Shown one piece after another: positions 31,401 through 38,364 of a stretch of DNA of 64,000 nt. Location: positions 49,558 to 113,557 of the forward strand of contig JAHJTG010000005.1 of the NCBI GenBank assembly GCA_018829965.1, given 5' to 3'. Position 1 is the first letter of the stretch. The number at the start of each line of letters is the position of its first letter. Both the position numbers and the translations under genes were made by a program. The notes under the pieces were generated by a model. That model was not told where the DNA came from, made no database searches, and was given only the letters and a program-made list of their open reading frames with translations. Source of the DNA: Patescibacteria group bacterium. GTDB lineage: Bacteria > Patescibacteriota > Minisyncoccia > Minisyncoccales > Staskawiczbacteraceae.

Positions 31401-31612
31401 ATTTGTTCTACTTGAGGAATTTCGTCTTTTTTAAAACGGCGGTTTAAAATTTGGAGAACCCTATTAGAAATCCGCCGAGATTTCGGGCCGTTACCCTCTC
31501 CGGTGGCGGTTAAAGCTTTATGGATAGCATCAGTAATCTTTATTTGGTCAAAATCCATAATCATTCCGTCCCTTTTTCTAATTTTTATAATTCGGTTTTT
31601 TATTTTCGGCAT
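28457..31612 (-). CDS. nrdD: anaerobic ribonucleoside-triphosphate reductase (class III) with ATP cone and intein
   Basis: ATP cone, FPIPT, EATPGEG, YTGGT, glycyl-radical loop YSRVVGYYRP. Confidence 0.95.
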   Translation of the reverse strand: MPKIKNRIIKIRKRDGMIMDFDQIKITDAIHKALTATGEGNGPKSRRISNRVLQILNRRFKKDEIPQVEQIQDVVEEVLILEGYVETAKAYILYREQRRKIREATKAVDESSEKIDSYLQEVDWQVNENANMTFSLQGLNQYVGSYISKKYWLNKIYPKEIREAAAEEDFHIHNLEILAPYCMGWDLYDLLMRGFGGVVGKIECRPAKHLRTALGQLVNFLYTVQGETAGANAVSNFDTLLAPFIRYDGLTYPQVKQAMQEFLYSCMVPTRVGFQTPFLNVTLDIKAPSFLAKQPVIVGGKPQKEIYGEFQEEMNMLIRAFYEGLMEGDATGKPFTFPIPTVSITKDFDWDNPVLKPLWEATAKYGVNYFSNFIQSDMNPEDARSMCKLPSTQIIYRNANGIIAKTEIRRIVDDFIKRDNPIDVLINGKFEPVKDVIKIKLENEEILKLTLDNGLIDKMTLDHPSAVIKGGKIVIKESRDIKIGDEFPIAKYPYNGELGDFDLGRLIGLYIGDGWVSHNGATANFVFNKNEVHFAKFIKSIVEKRFGVKATIFLNDDHSYVKVSVASKSVVELTKEYVRGDGSLVKRLNSKIFARSIEFRRGVFVGIIESDGFVKNVVVLHIGNKNLVIDTMTLARSLGVNATYFESKNKTGDIEKIGYSLRLTNDYPDWLMSYFKLKRGKSLKYKLYKDFYGIKIVKIERQKYTGYVYDFELGSKGHIFQLANGIITHNCCRLRLDNRELYKRGGGLFGANPLTGSVGVVTINLPRIGYLSKTKKDFFSRLDRLMELAKESLEIKRKALENFIEKGLYPYSKHYLSSVKKMRDSYFGNHFSTIGLIGMNEALLNFLGEDIGSKRGKKFALEVLDFMRDKLVQIQEETGNMYNLEATPGEGTSYRQAKTDKEKYPDIVTAGTKELPYYTNSTHLPVNYTDDIFEALKLQDDLQTKYTGGTVLHLFLGERISDPEMAKKLIKKVFEKFHLPYVTLTPTFSICPSHGYLDGEHFECPKCLVKQPCEVYSRVVGYYRPIQQWHKGKKQEYKERKEYKITPGQFI
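29423..30454 (-). mobile_element. intein (344 aa) with LAGLIDADG homing endonuclease in nrdD
   Basis: Begins CKLPST, ends VYDFE...NGIITHN followed by Cys; removal restores RSMCCRL; internal LIGLYIGDG and GIIESDG motifs. Confidence 0.92.
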
Positions 31613-31702
31613 ATTTTTTAAAAATTTTTATAAAATTTTGACAAAAAAATAACTGATTTAGAAATTACTCCATTTTAACTTATAACGACGGCGGGTCAAG
31701 TT

Positions 31703-31813
31703 TTCACCAATTTTTACAACAGAAATTGAATACTAATAATGACAATCGCAGGCGCTTCGCATATTATACAAACTATTATGTCTATTCTCTGCTGAAATTG
31801 GTGAAGGGTCAAG
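31703..31813. repeat. ~110-bp repeated element with terminal inverted repeats, copy 1
   Basis: ttcaccaattt...aaattggtgaagggtcaag; near-identical copy at 40843-40957. Confidence 0.8.
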
Positions 31814-31828
31814 CCACACACTATTTTT

Positions 31829-32755
31829 TTAAAATCCAGTGGCAATAACCGTTATTTTTATTTCTCCTTTTTTTAATTTTGCGTCTTCAATTGCTCCAAA
31901 AATTATCTGAGCTTTTTTGTCGGCGCTTTTTGTAATAATTTTTGCAATTTCAGAAACTTCAGTAAGCGCTAAATCCCGACCGGAGACATTAAACAAAACT
32001 TTTTTAGCTCCTGAAATTGAGGAATCAAGCAATGGCGAATTAATAGCCATATTTGCGGCTTCAATGGCTCTGTTTTCTCCTTTTGCTTTTCCTACTCCAA
32101 ATAAAGCATGACCTGCATTTTTCATAATCGCTAAAACCGAAGCCATATCTACGCTAACTATTCCCGGCAATAAAATTAAATCAGTAATTCCCTGCACCGC
32201 TTCTTTTAAAATTTCGTCGCAAATCCAAAAAGCATCAAAAACTGTGGTTTTTTGGTCAGAAATTTGAAGAAGTTTATCGTTTGAAATTACTAAAAGCGCA
32301 TCCACATTATCTTTCAGTTGTTCTAAAGCCGAATTAGCAATCCTACTCCTTTGCGCTCCTTCAAAAGAAAATGGTTTTGTAACCACGGCTATAGTTAGAA
32401 TACCTAATTTCTTTGAAATATCAGCAATAACAGGACCTGCTCCTGAACCAGTCCCGCCACCACACCCGCAAGTGATAAAAACCATATCTGCCTCCTTTAT
32501 AGCTTCTTTTATTTTTTCCCTGCTTTCCTCTGCCGCTTTCTTCCCCAAGACAATATCCATCCCAGCGCCTAAACCTCGTGTAACATTTTCTCCGATTAAA
32601 ATTTTTCTCTCTGACTTACAAGTATTTAAAGCTTGGGCATCGGTATTCACAGCGATCAAATCAATACCTTGAATTTGGCATTTTACCATTCTAGAAATCG
32701 TGTTGGAACCAGAGCCACCAACCCCGACAACTTTAATTTTTGTGTTTATTTTCAT
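31829..32755 (-). CDS. ftsZ: cell division protein FtsZ (308 aa, no C-terminal tail)
   Basis: VGVGGSG, NTDAQAL, GGGTGSG, PFSFEG; ends at VIATGF. Confidence 0.9.
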   Translation of the reverse strand: MKINTKIKVVGVGGSGSNTISRMVKCQIQGIDLIAVNTDAQALNTCKSERKILIGENVTRGLGAGMDIVLGKKAAEESREKIKEAIKEADMVFITCGCGGGTGSGAGPVIADISKKLGILTIAVVTKPFSFEGAQRSRIANSALEQLKDNVDALLVISNDKLLQISDQKTTVFDAFWICDEILKEAVQGITDLILLPGIVSVDMASVLAIMKNAGHALFGVGKAKGENRAIEAANMAINSPLLDSSISGAKKVLFNVSGRDLALTEVSEIAKIITKSADKKAQIIFGAIEDAKLKKGEIKITVIATGF

Positions 32756-32875
32756 TAGATATTAGAGCTTTCCCGAGGCAAGGCCTCGGGAAAGCTCGTA
32801 TTCATTGGTATGCCATTCACCCGCCTACCTTGCTATGTAATGCATTGAGGGCAGGTAGATTAGTATCGCATTTAT

Positions 32876-34075
32876 TTAGGGAATAAAAACTCTAAAAACT
32901 TTTTTTAACCATAATTTGGTTTTTTTAAAAATACTAGGACTCCTATCATATTCAGTAGTATCAGACCCATCTATGACAAGACCGCAAACAGTGGCCAATG
33001 AAGGATCTTCCTCTATCCCAATAATCCCGATAGGAGTTCCTATGTCGCAGGGCAGTTTTAATTCTTGCTTAGCAATCTCTTTTATTTTTTGAAGTTTAGC
33101 TCCACCTCCTGTTAAAACAACACCACCAGGCAATAATTGTTGCCGGCCAATTTTTTTGAGTTCTTTATTAATTAAATCGAAAATCTCAGAAACCCTTGGA
33201 TTGATAATGTCTACTAAAAGCTTTTTAGAAAAAGAAAGAGGCGAAGATTTATCTGTAATTTCTATTTTTTTCTTGGACTGGCCCAAAAGACAAGTTCCGT
33301 GTTCTTTCTTTATATTCTCCGCCGTATTTATTTCTATCTTCAAACCAATAGCAATATCATTGGTGATGTTTGCCGAGCCAATTGGAAAAATTACAAAATG
33401 GATTAAATCTCCTTCTTCAAACACTGCCAAGCTTGTGGTAGCAGAACCGATATCTATTAAAGCCACTCCCAGTTCTTTTTGTTGTGGAGTTAAAACCGCA
33501 GAAGCCGCAGCTAATGGAGAAGGAACAATATCATCAATCTGAAGCTTTGAGTTTAGAACCGCTTGAGTGAGTTTTATAAAATAAGGGGAGAAGACGCAGA
33601 GTAAGATAACCTTTGCTTCCAATCTTATGCCGGTTAGACCCAAAGGTTCTTTTATTCCTCGCTGATCGTCAACAATAAATTCTTTCGGGAAAACATCTAA
33701 TATCTCTTCGTTTGAAGGAATATTAATCGCTCGAGCTGCCTGTAAAACTCTTTCAATATCTTCTTGAGAAATCTTTTGATCTGCTCTTGAAACAGAAATT
33801 ATGCTGTCGGAAGGAGTGATATATAGATGACTGCCTCCGATATTTACGAAAACTGACTTAATCCTTTTGCTAGAAAGCTTTTCGGCTTCTGATATTAATG
33901 ATTCAATATTCTTTGCCACTTCATCAACATTAACCACTGCCCCTTTTCTCATTCCAAAAGAAGGAATTTGAGTTTGAGCTAATACCTCTAACTCTTTTCC
34001 CTTTTTTTGAGCAACTAAAACTTTTATAGTATTTGTCCCGATATCCAATCCTGTAATAATTTGGCTCTTTGACAT
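32876..34075 (-). CDS. ftsA: cell division protein FtsA
   Basis: GLDIGT, GMRKG, DIGSATT, LTGGGA, C-terminal amphipathic helix. Confidence 0.92.
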   Translation of the reverse strand: MSKSQIITGLDIGTNTIKVLVAQKKGKELEVLAQTQIPSFGMRKGAVVNVDEVAKNIESLISEAEKLSSKRIKSVFVNIGGSHLYITPSDSIISVSRADQKISQEDIERVLQAARAINIPSNEEILDVFPKEFIVDDQRGIKEPLGLTGIRLEAKVILLCVFSPYFIKLTQAVLNSKLQIDDIVPSPLAAASAVLTPQQKELGVALIDIGSATTSLAVFEEGDLIHFVIFPIGSANITNDIAIGLKIEINTAENIKKEHGTCLLGQSKKKIEITDKSSPLSFSKKLLVDIINPRVSEIFDLINKELKKIGRQQLLPGGVVLTGGGAKLQKIKEIAKQELKLPCDIGTPIGIIGIEEDPSLATVCGLVIDGSDTTEYDRSPSIFKKTKLWLKKVFRVFIP

Positions 34076-34249
34076 ACCCAGTATATCAACTTCCAGATAG
34101 CCAAACGCAATTGTTCTTGGAATGGCTAAAACGGAATTGTTTAATAATTATTTACCCAGTACTTATTCCATGTTCTATCATTTGGCATATTTGTTCTAAG
34201 AACACTGGAAGTTGTATTACTGGGCATAAATATATAAATTCTAAATATT

Positions 34250-34642
34250 TTAGATTTTAGAAAGATAATAATCCTGCCTCTTTTCCATCTTTCTTGCTTC
34301 TACTTCTTTGTCTTCGTGCTCATAACCCAACAAATGCAGAATGCCGTGGATTAAAATCAACGATAACTCTTTTTTAAAACTTAATCCAAACCTTTTTGCA
34401 TTCTTCTTCACCTCCGCAGGACAGATTATTATTTCATTCAATTCTCCAAAAGACAGAACATCAGTCGCTTTATTTTTCCCCCTATACTTTCTGTTTATCT
34501 CTTTAATCTTACTGCTATCAACAAAAACAATAGAAAAATCCTTTCCTTTACTTATATTCTCGCCTTTTAAAACAATTTTTGCAACTCTCTCTAAAAACTT
34601 TTTATCAACAATATTTTTTGTTAGATTTTTTATAGTAATCAT
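34250..34642 (-). CDS. ybeY: rRNA maturation endoribonuclease YbeY
   Basis: NRKYRGKNKATDVLSF, HGILHLLGYEH. Confidence 0.92.
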   Translation of the reverse strand: MITIKNLTKNIVDKKFLERVAKIVLKGENISKGKDFSIVFVDSSKIKEINRKYRGKNKATDVLSFGELNEIIICPAEVKKNAKRFGLSFKKELSLILIHGILHLLGYEHEDKEVEARKMEKRQDYYLSKI

Positions 34643-34716
34643 TGGTTGATTTTATCATAAATATTGTTTTCCCGCCAAAAAATCACTTCATAATTAAAGC
34701 TTTTTATTTTAATTTC

Positions 34717-35719
34717 TTATTTACTGTCTTTAATATATAATTTTAAAATCTTATTTTTAATTTTATAAGTATTGCCGTGTTTTATTAGTCCTAAATAAGA
34801 AGCGAGGGTTTTAATGTTTAAATCTTTATTTATATTTTTAAATATTCTTCTCTTTGTAGCCGTACGAAGCACCCGATGGTCTGGAAAATTGATCCATCCC
34901 AAAAAATCAACTCCCGAAAATAAAATTTTAATGAATATTTTATCGGAATGCATAATAAGTTTTAATCTGTTTTTTAAAAAATTGTTAATTATTTCAATTA
35001 AACTTTCTATATGTTTTTTGTCTTTTGATAAAATAATAAAGTCGTCAGCATATCTAATATAGTGTTTCTCTTTTAATTTATGTTTTGCAAAATTATCAAA
35101 TTCATTCATATAAACATTAGCGAAAAGCTGCGAAGTTAAGTTTCCAAGAGGCAAACCAGTCCCTATTTTTCCTGAATTAAAACTGAATATTATCTCCTTT
35201 AAAACATTTATAACATTTTCATCTGATATGTATTTTTGTAAAATCTCCAACAATATTTGCTGATTAATACTTGCAAAAAAACTTTTTAATATCGCATTTT
35301 AAAACCCAGCAGGTTTTTGTGTTATTTTTTGAAACAATGTAGGCAAACTCTCTGAACCTATTTATTGCCCTATGCGTTCCTTTATTGTCTCTACAAGAAA
35401 AAGAATCTGGAATAAATGTCCCATTAAAAAATGGGCGCAATATGCGATATACGGCACGGTGTAAAAGACGGTCGCGGACGCTGGCTTTGTGGATTGTTCT
35501 TGTTTTTGGGTCGCTTATTTTGAAACATTGGTAGTTGCCGTGTTCGTATATATGATTTTTTAAATCATGGTGCAATGATAAAATATTATCCATTAAATAA
35601 AATGAAAACATTAGAACATCTTTTCTGTTCCTCTTTCCCCTAACAAAGGCTCTCCATGCATTTAATAAATTATCAACACTAATTATATCTTCAAATTTAT
35701 GTCTCAATTTAATCCTCAT
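34717..35719 (-). pseudogene. DGR1 reverse transcriptase, split by a 1-nt insertion
   Basis: ORFs 35264-35719 and 34717-35253 join if the T7 tract (A7 at 35275-35281 on +) is T6 as in RT2; motifs RDRLLH, CDIKKFF, GLPLGNLTSQ, YADD, DFLG. Confidence 0.9.
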
Positions 35720-36085
35720 AATAATTTTTTAAACCTCGCCAACAACCAATTTAGTTTGAGTATAATTCAAAAATTAACTAATACCTATAAAGTATGGTAT
35801 GAATATTTACCTGACTTTCCTAAAGATTCAAAATATACCCTTGGCGCTAAGGTTGATTCTTTATTTTTAGAAGTAATTGAAGAAATAATAAAAGCGAGCA
35901 GTTCAGACAAGACAGAGAAACTAATTTTTCTTAAAACCGGTTCTGCTAAGTTAGATTTACTTAAATTTTTTTTGCAAATTGTTTGGGAGATAAAATCTTT
36001 AGATAATAAAAAATATATAAACCTTTCTGAAAAACTGAACGAAATTGGGAAAATGCTGGGGGGATGGCTTAAGTCGTTAAAATAA
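35699..36085 (+). CDS. avd: DGR1 accessory variability determinant (Avd-like four-helix bundle)
   Basis: FPKDSKYTLG, EIGKMLGGW; adjacent to RT and TR; exact start uncertain. Confidence 0.88.
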   Translation: MSQFNPHNNFLNLANNQFSLSIIQKLTNTYKVWYEYLPDFPKDSKYTLGAKVDSLFLEVIEEIIKASSSDKTEKLIFLKTGSAKLDLLKFFLQIVWEIKSLDNKKYINLSEKLNEIGKMLGGWLKSLK

Positions 36086-36104
36086 AAACCACCCAAAGGG
36101 GTGG
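36081..36104 (-). terminator. putative terminator of the DGR1 TR RNA
   Basis: Minus strand CCACC-CCTTTG-GGTGG-TTTTTATT. Confidence 0.65.
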
Positions 36105-36119
36105 AAAAAACAAAGAGAT

Positions 36120-36256
36120 TTGCGGGGGAGGACGAAGACGAAATGATTGTTGCTATTCCAAACGTTGTCAGAATTGTCATAGTAGCTGTTGAGCCACAGA
36201 CTATTGTCATTATGCTCCACATTGAACAGCTTGAGATCGCCATCCGAGTCAGTAAT
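36120..36256 (-). repeat. DGR1 template repeat (TR1)
   Basis: 137-bp match to 36636-36772 with 10 mismatches, 9 of them at TR adenines on the minus strand. Confidence 0.95.
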
Positions 36257-36477
36257 ATATAAAGCGTCATCTATGCCACTGCCCATTGAATGCTCTCCGG
36301 GCTGAATCTTATTCGGTATCTTAATATACCTTAACACCTTATACCAAGTATCTTCATTTTTTAAAAATCAGAGATGACTCTTTTGAAAGGCGTACCCGTC
36401 AAAATTCTGCATACATCTGAAATATAGAATTCGGCCACCTGAAGCCGTAACCGCAGATTTATTAGCCTACTATCCGA
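36257..36477 (-). ncRNA. structured 5' leader of the DGR1 TR RNA
   Basis: Aligns with 55137-55370, with compensatory changes in stems. Confidence 0.75.
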
Positions 36478-36482
36478 TTTCA

Positions 36483-36491
36483 ATTTTAGCA
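36483..36491 (-). promoter_or_regulatory. extended -10 promoter for the TR1 RNA
   Basis: TGcTAAAAT 5 nt upstream of the conserved leader; TGaTATTAT lies at the equivalent place in DGR2. Confidence 0.6.
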
Positions 36492-36500
36492 TATCGGGAG

Positions 36501-36546
36501 AAAAAAAAGAACCCCTCTTTGCATTTTTAAATTGCATGAGGGGTCT
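36501..36546 (-). terminator. terminator after the DGR1 target gene
   Basis: GACCCCTC..TGCA...TGCA..GAGGGGTTC followed by T8 on the minus strand. Confidence 0.7.
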
Positions 36547-36631
36547 TTGTCTTTTGCGTCTCTTGAAGTTTTAAGGAACCAAGCGTTCAAAGAAGAACAA
36601 AGGTTCCAAGCTACCAAGAGTATTTTGAAGA

Positions 36632-37258
36632 TTACTTGCGGGGGAGGACGAAGACGAAAGGATAGTTGCCATTCCAAACGCTGCCAGAATGGGCATAGTA
36701 GCTGTTGAGCCACAGACTATTGTCATTATGGTCCACATGGAACAGCTCGAGATCGCCATCCGAGTCAGTAATTGGCTCCATGGCGATAATAAGTACTTCG
36801 CCTTTGGGCTGGTCTTTGTACTGTAAGCGCAGTTGGGGGCCGACTTCATTCGGGCAGAGTTCTAAACCGAGCTCTTTTGCTCTGGCGTAAATCTTCTCAC
36901 GAGTCTCTCCATTCTTGAAACCGAGATCGGCAACACTGATGTTGACTAAATCCAATTCTGTTTCCTTGACGGTAACCGTGAACTGAGACTTGCCAAGAAT
37001 GTCGTTAGCGTATTTGCCGATTTCCATTCCGTTATCCTTTATGGCTTTACGGAAGTCGTCGGCGGTTGTGATGCCAGTGCCGAGGGTGATGGTTTGGAAA
37101 ATTTTAAAACTTGGCATCGTTTCTGGCGGACATAAGGCATTTTTGAGAACTTTTTGAAGACCCTTAGGATTCTCAATCCAGCTTTGCATCAGATCATCTG
37201 GCATTTCGGGTAAATTTTGTGCTACTACTCCAACAAATTTTGCAGTTTGTTTGTGCAT
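36632..37258 (-). CDS. DGR1 target protein (208 aa) with C-terminal variable region, probably CLec-like fold
   Basis: 3' end matches TR1; AGGAG RBS upstream. Confidence 0.9.
   Translation of the reverse strand: MHKQTAKFVGVVAQNLPEMPDDLMQSWIENPKGLQKVLKNALCPPETMPSFKIFQTITLGTGITTADDFRKAIKDNGMEIGKYANDILGKSQFTVTVKETELDLVNISVADLGFKNGETREKIYARAKELGLELCPNEVGPQLRLQYKDQPKGEVLIIAMEPITDSDGDLELFHVDHNDNSLWLNSYYAHSGSVWNGNYPFVFVLPRK
36636..36772 (-). repeat. DGR1 variable repeat (VR1)
   Basis: Adenine-specific differences from TR1. Confidence 0.95.
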
Positions 37259-37424
37259 GGCGTTTTCTCCTTTCTGAGGTTTTCGCCTATTCTATTTATA
37301 CTAGAGGACCACCACAATGATAGTCATAGCCAGAAAACACCGAAAACTTTTATCAGTATCTTTTGGCTATGACTATAAATTGCAAGTAATTTTGAGTGTA
37401 AAAGAGCTTATTCACTATGTTTTA

Positions 37425-37453
37425 ACTATAGCACTACCGAGAACTGTTGTCAA
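37425..37453 (-). promoter_or_regulatory. sigma70-type promoter of the DGR1 target gene
   Basis: TTGACA-17 nt-TATAGT with TG extension. Confidence 0.75.
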
Positions 37454-37512
37454 GCCCGAAAACAAAAAAACCGCCCTAGGCTTCCCAAAGACGGTTTCGA
37501 AAACTTATTACT

Positions 37513-38013
37513 CTATTTCTTCTCCAATAACTCTTTTACGATTTTACTTACCAAACTGTTATCTGCTCTACCTTTAATTTTTAAATTTAAATCTTTCATA
37601 ACCCGCCCCATATCTTTTATTTCTTTTGCGCCAATCTTAGCAACCGCTTCTGTAACAATCTTTCTTACTTCATCCTCTGAAATTTGCTTCGGTAAATACT
37701 TTTGTAAAATTTCAATTTCTTTTTTCTCTTTATCTACTAACTCCTGCCTATTGCCTTCTTCATAGGCTGTTACTGAATCTTTTCTTTTTTTAATTTCAGA
37801 AGAGACAACTTCGATTATATCTTCGTCTTGTAACTGAGACTCTCTAATCAAGCCCTCTTCGCTTAAGTCAGGTTTTAATTTAGATATTTTAAATCTTTTT
37901 TCTTTTTCTTTAAAAACAATGGAAGCAGATAACATCCTTAAAGTACTGCAAACCAAATTATTGCCATCTTTCATCGCTTGAGTAATCTCATTTTGAATTT
38001 CTTCTTTTAACAT
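37513..38013 (-). CDS. GatB/YqeY domain protein
   Basis: EIKKRKDSV, EIEILQKYLPKQ, DMGRVM, GRAD. Confidence 0.88.
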   Translation of the reverse strand: MLKEEIQNEITQAMKDGNNLVCSTLRMLSASIVFKEKEKRFKISKLKPDLSEEGLIRESQLQDEDIIEVVSSEIKKRKDSVTAYEEGNRQELVDKEKKEIEILQKYLPKQISEDEVRKIVTEAVAKIGAKEIKDMGRVMKDLNLKIKGRADNSLVSKIVKELLEKK

Positions 38014-38023
38014 TTTGTTAAAA

Positions 38024-38269
38024 TTAAAATCTCTTAGAAAACCTTTCCTTTTGTTGAGGTTTGCTCATTTTATACTCTTGAGCTTTCTCTATTTTAACTT
38101 CTTCGCGCCTTAAAGCCGACCTCTTTTTAGCAAGGCCGCTTTTAGCCCGTTTATGAAATTGTCTTTTCCTTTTCTCAAGCAAAACTCCGCTTTGACGAAC
38201 TACTTTTATAAAGCGGTGAACTAAATTTTGAGAATTTTCTCTTTCTTTTTTTCTTACTTCTAATACCAT
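38024..38269 (-). CDS. rpsU: 30S ribosomal protein S21-like
   Basis: Basic small protein EVRKKERE...RF...QSG; rpsU-yqeY synteny. Confidence 0.7.
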   Translation of the reverse strand: MVLEVRKKERENSQNLVHRFIKVVRQSGVLLEKRKRQFHKRAKSGLAKKRSALRREEVKIEKAQEYKMSKPQQKERFSKRF

Positions 38270-38364
38270 TTATCTGTGGCAATCAGCTATTAATCAGCGG
38301 CAATCTTTTCTACGTGTCAAAATATCTTTTCTGATTTACGCTGATGATGGCGGATTACCGCTAA

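Noticed and set aside
34076-34250. Possible decayed four-helix-bundle gene remnant between ybeY and ftsA
   Set aside because: Only a faint resemblance across several stops and frames; not supportable by eye.
36077-36337. 86-aa ORF running through TR1 (and ORF 35785-36270)
   Set aside because: TR is naturally open because it mirrors the VR coding frame; there is no RBS and it overlaps the structured RNA leader.
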